Assembly (NCBI GenBank): GCA_001643675.2
Contig: LSRY02000057.1
Span: 372,001-436,000 of the forward strand
Direction of reading: 5' to 3'
Source of the DNA: Monocercomonoides exilis PA203
Taxonomy: Eukaryota; Protista; Preaxostyla
DNA length: 64,000 bases
In this document: positions 1 to 14,276 of the stretch, piece by piece
Position numbering within the stretch: position 1 is the stretch's first letter
Layout of the letters: each line of letters opens with the position of its first letter
Position numbers and translations under genes: made by a program
The notes under the pieces: generated by a model
What the model was told of the DNA's origin: nothing
Database searches by the model: none
The model's input: only the letters and a program-made list of their open reading frames with translations

Positions 1-2845
1 TCATCAACTGTTGTCTTTTGATTCAACCGAAATGAATTTTGCATTTCTATAATAAATCATTTCGAAAACACACACAAAGAAGCGATGATTTCATAAATTA
101 TCTCCCATATAAAAATTTCACTATAAAATGAATTCATGAACGTTTTATGATAATAATTCAGAATGTGACATTTCATTCATTTTCATGGTCACTTTTCTTT
201 TGAAGATGAAATTTGAATTGGAGTTTGCTTGTTATTATTTGAAATTGATAAAAAAATGATATTATGAAAAAGGTTTTTTATTCGAGAGATGTTGAAAGCT
301 TTTATTTCTCATTGTAAATCCAATTGACCAAAATAATCATGCAAGAACAATGAAGTTGTTGCTTGAATATTCAAGAATAGAATATTTTTTAGGTTCATAA
401 TGATTATTGCATGAAAATTGACATTCAAAAATTGAACCATAAAAAATGTTTCAACAGCTGTAAACTTTAAATAAAACCTTACTCTTACAACAACGTCGAA
501 AAAGAAGAGCAACAACTTTTTTTTCTTTTTCTTTGCAATGGATATGCAGATGCAAAAGAATTCGAAACGAGTTCTTTTCTTTTAATTTAAGCATAAAAAA
601 ATTCACATTCAATCAGCAAAGTTCAACAACCTGAACAAACAAAATTTCGAAAAAAAGGCAAAACATTCAAAATGAAATTCAACAACATGCTCCGTTTCAT
701 CCGCCTGAGCAAAATTGTTGCCAATCGTGGAGCAGATATTGATTCCTTCGTCAAAGAACAACAAACGCCATGCACGTTAACCGAGGATGCACTTGAGCGC
801 ACTGCTATTTTTTGCCCAAAATTATCTCAACAGCCCATGTGTCTCATTTGACTTGCCAAGCAAAACTAAAAAAGATATAAGTAATTTCTATGGTTTTCCA
901 AATCCGCGTTCAATTCCATTCAGATAGACATTCTTCATCGAACATGTCCCCATTTTCATTGAAATTTTATCTGATTTATCGAAAATTCTTTGGCTGCTTT
1001 GAATTGAAAAAAAAATGCTTGGAATCGCAATTGGGCATCTATCACTCTGTGTTTGTTGTGAGGTTTGAATTATTTATTTATTTATTCTGTACCATTCGCT
1101 TTCACATTTCTTTTTACCCTTTTGGAATTTTTGGATAATGCACTTGAAGATACACCGGCTTTTTATTGAAATACACTCAATTTATCAGAAAAGCACTGGC
1201 TTTTGGGTGGTTCCATATTGGAAGGATTTGGATGGGAAGAAAAGGCAACATTATTGGAGCAATTGAAAGCAAACAAAGTGAATAAAGAATTCAAAGAAGA
1301 TTGTGGAAAAGAAAGTGAAAGGATGGAGTTTATGAGAGGGAGAAGGAAGAGATGGAGGCTTAATCAATGCAGGAAGGAACACGAGGAGCAAGCGATTGCG
1401 AATGGAGAAGATGCAGATTGAGTAATCAGTAATTCGCAATGAGAATGCTTGATTTGCAAAGAAGGGCAAATTGTGTTTGTGTTTGTTTGCTGATTAAAAT
1501 TAATTTTTTTGAATGAAAGAAAATTTTCAGAATTGAAAAAAAAAGAAAGAGATTAAATTTTTGTTTTTATTTTATTTTACAAAATGTATTTTTGAGTTAT
1601 AATAACAACATGTTTGATTTCTTTATTTGTTTGCTTACAATTTTTTTATACTTTTTTCTGAAAGAATGTGCAGTGAAAGTTCACAAAACATTTCCTTTCA
1701 ACTGGCACAAATGGCTTCTTGAAAGGATCCTTTCGCTGAAGAAAAAGCAGGTGAGTATTTTTGAAAAACTAACATTGGCTGTGTGCATAAAATGGATCAA
1801 TATTCAAAATGTGGAAGGAGCAAGAAAGCGGGAGAAGAAGAAAGCGGAAAAACTTATTTGGGAAATTTTGGGCGAAGAAGCTGGTGAGATGGTTTTATAA
1901 GACAAAACAGATAAGAATAAGAAGAACGCAATGGAGAAGATAGGAAATGGAGAGGAAGAATAGGAGGAGTTGATGGTGATGAGTTTCACAGAAAAGATTT
2001 TTTGAAAGAATAGCAACTTTTGATATGTGAGGACTGAACAGGAAAAAATGATAACAGTTGAGGAAAAAGATGAATTAACATATGACATATTGGAGGGTGA
2101 TAAGGAAAAAAAAGAGAAGGAAAAAATGAAAGAGAAGAGAAATTGAGAAACAGTTTTGAGGGAAAGAATTTTCATTGAAAGAGACAAAGAAAAGGGAATT
2201 GAGGAGCTAATGAACAAAAGAAGAGAAGAAATGAAGAAGAGAAAAAGTATAAAAGAAAGACTCATAATCTGATTGCGTTGGGAGAGAAAGTTTTCAATCA
2301 TTCGGAACAACACATTCAAAGTGAAAACATGGGTCATTTGTTAAGGTGTGGCATTTGTAACTTTTTGTACTTTTGTCATTCAACAATTTTTGTTTGAAAA
2401 GTTTCTAATTATTTACTGGTGAATGCACTGTTAAGAACATGGAAAATTTCAACTTTTTCTGAAAAACAAAGCATTATCTGATTACAAATTGTTTTGCCAT
2501 TCAGGTGATGCAATATTGATTCCCATCATTCGCTGCATTAATTTGGACATATTTTTTCTCTCTATTTATCGTTTCTTTTGTTTGAAACTTTTTTATTTTC
2601 ATTATTTTTATTTTTCAATTCGAAAAATTATCATCTGCATCAGCAAATACCGATTCATGCCTGAAAAGAACTGTAGGAATATCGTTGCCTTGGAACTGTC
2701 TCAGATGTTTTCCAAGCACTCACAAAGTGATTGTTGAAAGAAGTTTTTTATCTTAATGATTGTGATGAAAACCATAATTTATTTCAATTTGATCATCCGG
2801 AAAAAAAAATAAAAATTTTCAAATCAAAATTGATTTTAATTCCAT

Positions 2846-5800
2846 ATGAGAATGCATTTGTTCCTTTTTGCATGTTTGATTCTTTGGAGTTCATTTGAAG
2901 CGCAATATGTCTCTGGTGCTGCCACATTGAAAAACAAAGGTATTCTTTGGCATTAACATTTTTTAATAAATTGTATTTATTTTGGTCAAGGAAATTTGAA
3001 TGATTCACAATTTATCTCTAAGGCAGATGGTTATTATTTCTTTGAACAGAGAAATACGTCAGGAGCTAAAAGATTGCAATCAGGAATATCTGCAGTTGTT
3101 AATACATTTTTGGCATTCCACAATTCTACAGTCTTACTCAAGAATTTGGCAATTGAACATTTATCTTCACCTTTGATATTAATTACAGATAAATCAAAAA
3201 TCACAATTGATTCCTGCATTTCCCACCAAAAGTCGGAATCTCCGTTTCAATTGCAAAGTGGGTCAATCAGCATGGTGAATTTGAGTTTGATCCCCCAAAA
3301 GAATCTTTGCCCTTCCAGTCTCATATTTTCATCTGATGATTCAAATATTGCCATTTTGAGAAATTCGATCATGATGGATCTGACTGTATCATCCTCAGAC
3401 TATTTCCTTTTGTCTGGAAAGAGTCAAAGTGAACAGATTAATAACTGTGCCTTCAGGAATATTTCTGTAAAGCCCTTCAAGAACATTGATTTTCATAAGG
3501 AGCATTCGTGCTTGCTGAGTTCAATGGAGAATTGCCTCATTTATTCGTGTTTGAATGCCTTTGAAGGAGGGATCTCGAGTGGATCCTATTCTTCACAAGA
3601 ATTCACCTGTAGAAACACAACTACATACTTTGGGAAAAGAGAAGCGAATGATCTTCAAAGAAAAGAAAAAATGGACACAACAAACAGTCAATCCTTTTCA
3701 TTGTGCGAATGGGAAGATTGCACATCCCCACAAGGAGGTGCTCTTTATGTTCATGATAATGAAAATGCTATACTTAGAGTTGAGAATTCATCATTCACAA
3801 GATGCAATGCTTCAACTGCAAGAGGTGGAGGAATATATGCATTGAATATCGCTGAATGCATTGTTCTTCATTCAATGTTTGCTCAATGTTCTGCAGCAGC
3901 AACAACAAATAATGGGGGAGGGGGAATTCAATTTGAAACAACAATTTCACTGTCAATGGTCGATAATTGTTCATTTTTCAATTGTTCATCGGGCAATGAC
4001 GGAGGGGCAATTGATCTCGCTCAAGCAATAATTCGAAAACAAACAGCTTTCATTAAAAATTCAATATTTGTCTCTTGCAATGCAAATCATTCAACCTCAT
4101 CCGCTGGAGGTGCAATTCAACATTGGACTTCCATTGACAAAGCAATCATTTCAAATTGTTTGTTCCGTAATTGTCATTCCATGTGTGGAGGAGGCGCTGT
4201 TGGTATATTAATAAATAGTCACAATAACGGAATATTGCTTTATTGCTGCTTTTTCCACAATAATACATGCGGAGCAGGAGGAAATGACATTGCTCTCCAT
4301 AATTCAACAGAAAACAACATTGATCCAAGTTGCTACTCTTCAAGGAATGCATCAAACAGGGTTAGTACAGACTTATATTCCATTGTTGATAGAAGCGAAT
4401 GGCTTCGCAATGTTTCTGGAAGAGTCAGATTTGTATCATCGACCGAAACGCAGCCCAATGCCAAAGATACATTTGCATGTGGACTGAATGAAAGTCATCC
4501 TTGCAACACCATCAGCCATTGTTTGAGTCAACTAATTCCAGAATTAGTGAAGGATATTGAGATGCTCGCAGGAACGATCACAGAAACCAAGAAAGTGGAA
4601 AGTGGAACAAACTCTTTCACAATATATGGCAAAAATGACTTGAGTTCAACGATACAAACAGATTTTGAAGAATCAGGTTTATCTCTTTTTTCAGTCTCAA
4701 CAGGCGCATTGACTGTCAGAGACTTTGTTCTTGTGTATGACTCTGCTCATCCGAATAACCGAGATTCAAGGCTATTTGAGATAAGTGGAACGGGAGAGAT
4801 GCATATTAGCAGATTGAACATTTCTGCTGGAAGTGGGCAAATTTCAGAAGCAGCATTTACTACAGAATTGATCAATATTCAGAATGGAGTATGTCAAATG
4901 GAAAATGTGAATTGGGCAAAGACTATTTCCGCAACTTCATTGGTTTCACTTTCTTCAACAAATGAAATTTCATTGACACTTTCCGAATGCACGTTTAGTG
5001 GAATTGAGAGAACAACGAGTGGAGCTTCTGTCATCTCATTTTCCAATGACAAGGCAAACATCGATCTGAATTCTTGTTCATTTTCAGGATGTGGAAGCAC
5101 AGGTTCAGAGAATGGAGGATCAATGAAGCTATGTGTTGGGAGTGAAAATGAAGTGAAAGTGAAAGGAGGTGATTTTGATGAATGCTATTGCTCAGTGGTA
5201 AATGGTCTCGGAGGAGGAATTTTTCTTCAATTGATGAATGAGAACCCAAATTTCCTGATATCGTCTTCATTTGGAACAAACACAGCCAAATGGGGAAGGG
5301 ATATTTTTGTCATTTCACCAAATCTGGAAGAAACAGCAAAATCCAAAAACATCACATGTGTGGAAGCCTCTTTGGATTCTTTTGAGAAGATTCGAGGATA
5401 TGACAATGGAAACACAAGTGTGGCCATTCCTCTGTGCGTTTATCTCCTCCCAACACCAGAAGAAATCTATGTGAGCAATATTGAGGCATCCAATCATTCG
5501 CGCTGTGGAATTGTCCAATTCCCTTGTTTAACAATGAAACATTCACTCACAAGACAAGCAGGAACAAAGAAAGTTGTTGTGAATGGAATGATTTTGATGA
5601 GCGATGAATTGGCCTTTGTTGGACAGAAACACGAAATCAGAGGAAGTGATGAACTGAGTGGCTGGACAGTCTCTGATTCAAATTCAATGACCAATTCAGC
5701 GATGATTTCAGCAAATATTGAAACAGTCTTGTCAAATCTTATCTTCTCTCTTCCATCTTCTCTTTCATCACACTCCACTTTTATTTTGTCTTCTTCACAA

Positions 5801-8800
5801 CTAACTATGTCTCGTTGTTCTCTTTCTCTTCAAAATCCATTGTCAGAATTGACAATTCTGTTCTTATCTGTTGAGTCTGGAACCTTGGCTATTGATTCAT
5901 TCTCAGCTTCGTCAATCACTTTGAGTGGAAATCCATTGATCTCTTTGTGTGAAAGCAACACAAATTCGGAGTTGATGAACACTCTGTGGTTGAACATGAC
6001 GAATTGCACTTTCACAAAAATTGAAAGAGCAGCTGGAAGTGGAGGCTGTATCAACATCAATAACAGCAATGATGAAAATACGAACACACAAATAAATATT
6101 GAAAAATGTGAATTTGATGGATGCTCCGTGCTGGATGATGAAAGCAGAGGAGGGGCCATTGATGCTCAGTTGAAAGGGAATACTCAATTGAATATTATTT
6201 CATGCACATTCATAGGATGCACGGCACCAGCAGAAGAAGAAAAGACTGGCTTTGGGGGAGGGATGGCACTGAAGCTGATTGATGATTGTTCTTCGTTTGT
6301 GATCTCATCCCCTGTTTATGATGTGGACAAGCCAAATGTTGCAAAATGTGGAAATGACCTGTTTGTGGAAGCATTGAACTTGACAAAGAGCATCACAAAC
6401 ATTTCTCTTCCATTTGTGTCAGAGAATCTGGATGATATTTCGTTGGATTCTATGAGAGGCTTTGATGGAAGTGATACAACGAATGCCATTCCGCTGGTAT
6501 ATTTCTGGATTGCACTTGGCTCAGAGTTATTTATTGGAGACAAAGGAAGAGATATGGGTGCATGTGGATTTTCGGATTATCCTTGTCTGTCAATTGATTA
6601 TTCATTGAATCGATTGACTGAAGGAAATGAAAAGAATATGAACATCATTGGGAAGGGGATTCTTCAGAAATGCGTGGATCTCAGCGGGGCTGTAATAAAA
6701 TCGGATAATAGCAGCATTAGCTCCTTAGAATGTCTCGCTTCGATTGAAGGAACAGAAGAAGCAGTTATGAAGATTCAGGGAATTACAAATTTTGAACTGA
6801 TAAACTTTGTGGTTCCATCTTCATTCACAAGTGGAGTCAATTATTTGATGGATGTTGGATCAAGCAATGGATTATTGACTCTGAAAGACTGCTCGTTCAC
6901 AAAAAATGAAGAAAATGACAGAGAAAAAGAAATAATGAATTTTGGGTTGATCAAAGCAGATGGAGGTGCAGTCAAATTTGAATTTGTGTTAATTCAGTCA
7001 CAAAGCTTTTCAAAAGATGTTATTTCTGTGTTATCTTCAACGATTCTGAACATTAAGAACTTGACGATGAAGAATGTTCAACTTGATGGGGCGAGTGGAT
7101 TGAGCATTTCAAAGAATTCAAGAAGAGAGAGAAATGATGTTGAACAAGATGTTGTTATTGAGTGGAGCATATTCGAAGAAATCACTCAAAACACAACGGA
7201 TGATATTCCCATCATTCGAAACACCAATGATGCACCCTTGAAAATTGTTATTAGAAACTCAACAATGAAGAAATGTGGAGGATCGAAATGTGGAAAGGGA
7301 GGAGGGATGTTTTGTGTGTTGAATGAGGGAGGAAGCTTTGACTGCTCATTTTGCACGATTTCGGAGTGCTTCTGCTCGAGCACAGGAAGAGGTGGGTGGC
7401 TGTTTCTGGAATGCACCTCGGTGGTTGAACAGCCTCTGAATTTTGTGCTATCCAACATCACATTCAGAGATAACTCTGCATTCAGAGGAAGAGATGTTTA
7501 TGTGAGATGCCTCTCAATCGATTCACAAATAATTGATGAGCAGTTCTTATTGGATTTCAGAATACCATTTGTGAAGGAGCTGGCAATATGGGGCTGCACA
7601 ACAGACTCGTTTGAAGAAGAAGAAGATCTTCTGTTGAGGGTTGTGAAATACCAGAGCGAGACAATATTTGTGTCTTCAGTTTCTGAAAACTCAGCAGATA
7701 GCAAGCAGTGTGGAGAGTTCAGCATGCCTTGTGAGTCGTTGAATCAGGGAGTGCAACACATTATTCCATCATCGTATTCCCAACTGTTGATATCAGAGGA
7801 AACAATCATGAATGGGGAATGTGATGTGCATGATGTGATTATCCACTCATTGCAATCTCAGTCAGCTGCTTCAGTGCATTTGAACTCAACAATTAATATC
7901 AATGAGGGAAATCTCATTACAACATCAGAGAATGTTCGGTTTGAGAGATTGAAATTCAACTTTGACCAGTCGTTTTCTTATTCTGGAAGTTCAGTCATTC
8001 ATGAAGCAAGTGGACAGCTTTCTCTTTTATTTGTTGATTTCTCTTCTGTTGGATTGCCAAGCAACAATCAGCCTGCTTTTCTGAACTCAACATTGCTGAG
8101 CATAGAAAATGGAATTCTGCATGTTGATAACTGCTCAGTGTCGCTCCTTTCATTCAAGAATCCTTCATTTCTGCTTTGTGGAGATGAGATATCATTGACA
8201 AATGTGAAAATGGATAATTTTGAAGCAATGGAAAATGTGTTTGTGATCGATGGATGCAAAAAAGTTGTGTTCAATGGAATTGATGGAGATGGAGTGAAAT
8301 TGTCTGATGGCTGCATCTTTTCAATAAATGATTCAACTTCAGGAACAATTTCCATTGGAAGCTCCTCATTCAACAACTGTTCAAGAAATTCAGATGGAGC
8401 TTCTGTTCTCTCGGCTTCTTCAACTTCTGCTCAAATATCTCTTTCTAATTGCTCTTGCTCAAACTGTTGTTCCATATCTGACAAAGGAAGCATTGTGGAA
8501 TTGAGCAATGCGATTGATGCTTCGATGGATTTATGTCGATTTGTTGGAGTGCTAGGAAAAGAAAGTGAAAATGAGAGAAACAATAATTTTGAAGAAATAT
8601 GCAAATGGAATGGATCTCTTGTTCATTCAACAAACTCAACAATAATGATGAAGGATGTGACAATATCGAATTCTTCATCAGGTGGATTGTCAGTATCTGC
8701 TGGTAATGTGACAATTGAGAAAGGAGAGTTTTTGAACAACAACCCATTCATTGAAAAATATCCATCGATGAGAAGAAACATCATTTGTTCAGATTCTGCT

Positions 8801-10603
8801 TCGTTGACTATTTCCAGCTTGAAAGGAGGAGATGGAGTGTTGCCCAATTCTTCCCTTTGGATTCTGGATGATGGATGTGATTTGAGAGGAATGGCAGGAG
8901 AAAGAGCATCTCCTTTCTTCATTCCCAGATTGGAAGATGTTTCAGTGAATGAAAATGGAAGCAACATTGGAATTAAATTCAAGGGATCACTTTTTGTGCC
9001 TTGTGACTTGTCATTCAGACTTGTGTATAAAACAGGAGATGTGGAGTTGGTTGAGACATATCAGTTTGAGGAAGATGGTTTTGCTTCAGAAACTGAAGTG
9101 ATTGGAATAATCCCATCAGAAAATATTTCAAAGGTTGCAGATGAAACAGAGGTGTCTGTGATGATTCTGTTTGGAAAACAATTGGCTGCAACTTCTCCAC
9201 AGATACTGAAGAACAAAACAGAATCAAAGTCAGAAAATGAAAGAGTTGTTGAAGGAGGAAAAGAAAGGAAATCTTATTGGTTGTTGATTGTTATTGTGCT
9301 TATTGCTATTCTTTTGATTGTTCTCATTGTTTCAATAATATTGGCTGTTCGATGGAGAAAGGCAAAGAATGAAGCAAAAGATCTGAGAGAGATTGTGAAT
9401 GATTCAGTGAAAAAAGATCCGAAACTGATTGAGATGGTTACAATGGAGATGTCACCAGAGGAGCAGTGGAGAAGAGCAGAGAGAGAGGCAGAGAAGAAGA
9501 ATGAGGAGAGGATGAAGAAAAGAGTGTATGCGAAAAGCTTGGGACACTCTGAGTCATCGGAGCATCTTCTCTCTGAGAGTGGCTCAACAGAATATATCCT
9601 GGGGAAAGATTCAGACAAGATCCCTCAATGGGCATTGGAGAAAGATGAGGAAGAAGAGATTAGGAAGAGATCACCTTCACCTTCCATTTCATCCACTTCA
9701 ACAATTGATTCAGATTCATCATTTGTTCGATCAGAGAGTCTGTGTCCAACCACTTCATCTATGTCAAATCTGGTGGACGCCATGGCCTGCTCATCTCCAC
9801 ATGAGAAGCTGATTGTGGATCTGAGGGATTCGCTGTTCATGTTGTTGCATGGGCTGAATAAGACAAAGGAGATGGCAATTGGGAGTCTTCAAGAGAGAGA
9901 ACAAACAGCTGCACAGGTCTTGTTCTGGGTGGTGAATGGAGCAATCCATTCGTTTGAAGATGAGGAAGATGAACTTCCCTCTTTATTAAACTTGAGTCCG
10001 CACATTGTGCTTTTCTCAGAGCACATGGTCATCTGCATTGTTATGCATTCAGACTTATTGTCAGATGATGATTCTGACTCATCCTCCATCTCATCATCAA
10101 CAGTTGTGACATCTACCAGTGAGGATGATGATGATGAAAGAGACTCTCTGCCCTCATCCGCCTTTGAGGATGAAGATAGTTTCAAAAAAGAGTGTCTGAG
10201 GTGGAAGGCGCCTGAGCTGCAGATCAACAAGAATATGGGAGCAACAAAGGAGTCAGTTTCATTTTCGATTGGGATGATGTTGTGGGAGTGCTTGACCCTT
10301 CAAATCCCATTTGGAGATTATGAGGCAGAAGTGGCAGGGCAGAAGATTGTGAATGGGGAGCGACCGAATTTCGAAAGCATCAGCGCATCCTCGATGGAGA
10401 ATATTGCCAAGTGCTGCTTGTCTGGATGTGCCTCTCAGAGGCTGACTTTGGCTTTGTTGAAGCGCGAGTTCATCCAGCGCTTCCCTCCAGGTGCTGCTGT
10501 GCTCACAATGACAGATGCTGTTGAATGCTACAGTGGCTGTGATGGGGAGAGTGAGCGACGCAGAAACTCAGGAAGCAGAGATGAACAGAAAAGCATGTGC
10601 TAG
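2846..10603 (+). CDS. Large type-I membrane receptor-like protein: signal peptide, Cys-rich beta-helix/Pmp-like ectodomain, one TM helix, C-terminal degenerate kinase-like domain
   Basis: Exon 1 (2846-2939) gives MRMHLFLFACLILWSSFEAQ..., a signal peptide. A GT-AG intron at 2940-2990 joins it in frame to ORF 2996-10603. Repeated GGA(I/L/V) and FxxN motifs, four CG...PC.(T/S) repeats, TM segment WLLIVIVLIAILLIVLIVSIILAV, then kinase C-lobe motifs RWKAPE and SFSIGMMLWECLTLQIPF. Confidence 0.85.
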
Positions 10604-11677
10604 TGGTGAAAATGGTGATAATCACATTTGTCTTTTCTTTCACCCTTTTCCCAATGCATTTGAGAAGAAAGATGATGATATCAATATATCTCTCATCTCT
10701 CTTGTATTCTTCAAACAAACTGTTCAGCTGTTCAGAAGTTGAGTCAATTGTCTCTTTGAAGGAGCATCCAGTCAAAAACTCACTTAATCACCCACAGGAG
10801 AAAATCAAAATTTTGATGTATTGCATTCAAAGAGCGATGTTTGATTGTTATTGATGAATAAATTAACCTTTTTGGAGACTTGTGAAAAAATGAAGTTCAA
10901 CGGACATTATGAACACAACTGACATTGAGGTGAAAGAGAATTCTTATTGTTTGTTTTTTGTGTGGCAGATGAATGAATTTTTGAGTTGTCAGCTGGCTCC
11001 ATCATTTGCATTTGGTCTTCAATGCAGGTGATTGGATCTTTGCTGTTTATATTGGAAAATACTTCCTTGAATAATCTGCCATTTGAGGATTATTTCACAA
11101 GCTGCCACATTTTTGCTTTTCTTTCAAACAGAAGAATTCTATTGATGAAAAAGATGTTTTGTATTTGTTTGACCAATATCGATTTTGAAGTGGAGTGTTT
11201 TCAGTTGTTTTCTTTGAACTTGTTTTTCATTTTTGTATTTGTAACTTTGACTTTTTTTAATTCAGTTGCTTTATTCGGTGGTAAATTTAGTTGTAATCAT
11301 TATCTATTATTTTTTCAAATTCTTTCACGAGTTGCTTTTGTTCTGTTTTGTTCAAAGAATGATCTTCAAAATTGCTTTCACCTTCTTTTGTTGTCGTTCT
11401 TTGTTTTTTGAAATAGCAAACATTTTTCATTATTTATTGTTCATCACATGTGTATCCATTCATGTAACTCCTTCAATAATTGTAACTCAATTCTTTTATA
11501 TTTCACACTCATTTCATTTTTGCATTCATCCACATTGTTTTTGGAAAATGAATTATCATTTTTTCACATTTCACAACAAATGATGAAATATTGCGTTCGA
11601 ATTATTTAACAAGAATATTTCCTCAGCAAACGAATAGATTCCAGTTATCTTTGTTAGATCTGAGAAACAAATGGTTA

Positions 11678-12423
11678 GGGTCAATTATTTATCGGTGCGC
11701 AAAAAATTAATCTGGACCTAAATTTTCTGGCTCTCCAGAGCACTTTTAGAAAAAAATAAAAAATAGAAAATTATTAATATATTATAATATACTATTTCTG
11801 AAAATATTTTTTCATATTTTAATTTTTGTGAAAAGATCTGGTGTTTTTTGTTTTATTTTTCTGATCAAAGACTTGCTCATTTTTTCACGAGCTTTTTGTT
11901 CTGAGATTTTTAAGTGCTGTTATTGTTATTAAACATAACATTTTTATAATTTTGGTAATTTTTCATTGTTTTACGCTTCATTTTTTTATTTCTTTTTCCA
12001 TTTAACTACATTTCGAAAAATTGAAGAATACATGGGTGATCATTTTTGAAATCATATTTTTTCTGTCAAAATTTTTGGCTTGAATGTCTGTTTTGCATTT
12101 TTGTCAGTGAACATTGAAAAGTGATAACACCGTCCACAAAAAAAAATGTCATTAATGTTGCTCAAATGAGTGCATTTGAAATAATTGCAATTTATTAAAT
12201 ACTCGAACGATAATCTTCTGGAAATTATCATAATAAAATAAAAAAATCGAAACTCCGAAAAAAGTTATGATTTCAAAAATAATCACCCACATTTGAAAAA
12301 ATAAAATTTTTTCGTTTATTAAAAAGAAAAAATAAATAAATTATCAACAAATGAAGATATACAAAATGAAGAAAATCTTTAAATTTTTGTAATCGTGATT
12401 ATAATACTATAATACTTGTTTTG
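11678..12423. mobile_element. Truncated copy of the foldback/MITE family seen intact at 42366-43330
   Basis: Starts TA|GGGTCAATTATTTATCGGTG. Aligns by eye with 42366-42852 apart from a 255-bp insertion. Similarity stops where the DIRS-like left ITR begins. Confidence 0.85.
12034..12288. mobile_element. Nested 255-bp MITE with GGG...CCC termini and 4-bp ACAT target duplication
   Basis: TIRs GGGTGATCATTTTTGAAATCATA and TATGATTTCAAAAATAATCACCC. ACAT lies on both sides (12030-12033, 12289-12292). The insertion is absent from the paralogous site near 42717. Confidence 0.85.
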
Positions 12424-12503
12424 ATAGAACGCAGTGAGACAGGTTTGCTTTGAGATAATGAGTATTGATCACGATTTATGTGTGGTTAAAGATCTAACTT
12501 CGC
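12421..12503. repeat. Left inverted terminal repeat of the DIRS-like element
   Basis: TTGATAGAACGCAGTGAGACAGGTTTGCTTTGAGATAATGAGTATTGATCACGATTTATG... is the near reverse complement of 16931-17013. Confidence 0.9.
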
Positions 12504-14276
12504 TTATACTCTAATTCAAAGTAGATCCTAATTGTCCGCAATGAAAATGAAGCAACGACCGGTTATAATAAAACACAGAGACGGTGATGGGAAAAAAATA
12601 AGATCTAATTTTGTTCCTAGTTTGAGATGAAAATATTATTGAAGAATTAACCAGGATCTGAGCATGAAATACATCATCCGGAATAGAAGAGAGTGCACAG
12701 CTGAAAAAGTTTAAAAGAAAACCGCGCATTGTGAAGGGATTATTTCAAGAACAGAAGCTGCAATTCATTGTGCGATAATTATTGGAAATATTGCCTTGTT
12801 GTTCCGTGAAGCAATTTCAGAAACAGAAACAATGAAAAATTGTGAGATAATTATTTAAAAGATAATATGCATATGGGACAAAATATTTAACTTCAGGCAT
12901 TTTCATTGAAAAATTATGCACTTTTCATTGACGTTTTGATATCAAAAAACTAAATAAAAATGTATTCATTTTTTGAAATACGCTTGAAGTCACAAAACAT
13001 TTTGTCATAACATCAATGAAGTTTGTCTACGGATGTGATAATTCATTTTATTTTGAAATCTGATTATGTTCAAATGTGTTATGAGTGAAGCAGTTTTTCA
13101 ATGTCTCGTGCAAAAAATGCTTGAAAGTCCGTATTTTCCCCCATATCAATTGATTTTCAAATAAAAAAAACAACAAAATATTTTGCTTATTTATTTGGAA
13201 TAAGAACCACGTATTGAAGCGAGATAAAGATATATTAAGATATCGCTTAATATCGCAAATATTTAAGAAGATTGAACCACATATTGAAGAGAGATTATTT
13301 TTGAGAAAGAACCCACTTTCAATTGAAAGATATTTTATTGAAGTGATGCTGTGCATTCCCAAGAGATTATTCCAAAGAATGAAGTTGCAAAATAATATTA
13401 ATTATATTTACCGAACAAAGGAAAAAGAGCAATGCATAGACGCGAGATATTGATAAATACAGAATCATCAAAATAACGAAAAAATATTTGATTAGAAAGT
13501 TTCACATATGACAGCGGGATTTTGCTGGAGTAAAATATCATTAAAGTTAAAGAATATTATTTTGAAAAAATGCTTTGCATTACTGAGAGATGAGAACAAA
13601 AAACAAAATCAAGTTTTAACGCTTGACCTGGAGAAAATAGAGAGAAGAGAGATCCGTGCTTTGCCGCGAGACTGAGAGATGAAAGAGATAAACCTCGTTC
13701 AATTGCGAGACTATGAAAGGAGAAAGAGAAGAGAACCGCGCTTCGCTGCGAGATGATAATAGAGATAGAAAACTCAGGAAATCGATCGGCTTTTGCAAAA
13801 AATATAGACTAGTTGCATTGCGACACAATATCAAAACTGAAAAAGTGAAATATCTTTAATTTATAATTAGAAATGATACGATTCACAACAAGAGAAATTA
13901 TCACAAAAGTGAAACTGCGAAATATAACGAGACTGAGAAAGAAAAGAGATTTATGTGTTGTTGCGAGATTATTGTGGAGAAACAAACCACTGAAGATCAA
14001 AAGAGTTGATATAAAGAGAGAGCTGAGTTTGCTGATAGATAAGGATTGAGAAAGAAATTGAGATAAATTGTGATTTGATAATATAATTAGAAACATTAAA
14101 CTTTTGCGAGATAGGTGCAGATATAGAGACTGCGAAATTTCGTGAGAAAATTGAAGAAGTGAAATCCGCGAAAAAACGCGAGGAGAAGATAGAGTGTTAG
14201 ACCGCTGAAGACAGCGAGAGGAGGATACACAAATAAGCCGCATCACATTGAATGATGAAACAAGGAGAAGACTCCG

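Noticed and set aside
680-2340. Purine-rich stretch with broken Glu/Lys-rich frames, possibly a pseudogene
   Set aside because: Many stops and no recognisable motif, so no product can be supported.
10597-11583. Short hydrophobic ORFs downstream of the receptor gene
   Set aside because: Phe/Leu/Ile-rich translations typical of AT-rich non-coding DNA, with no motifs.
12520-14270. gag and reverse transcriptase expected inside the DIRS-like element
   Set aside because: No YxDD or other RT motif could be read by eye. The region is too decayed or partly deleted to annotate.
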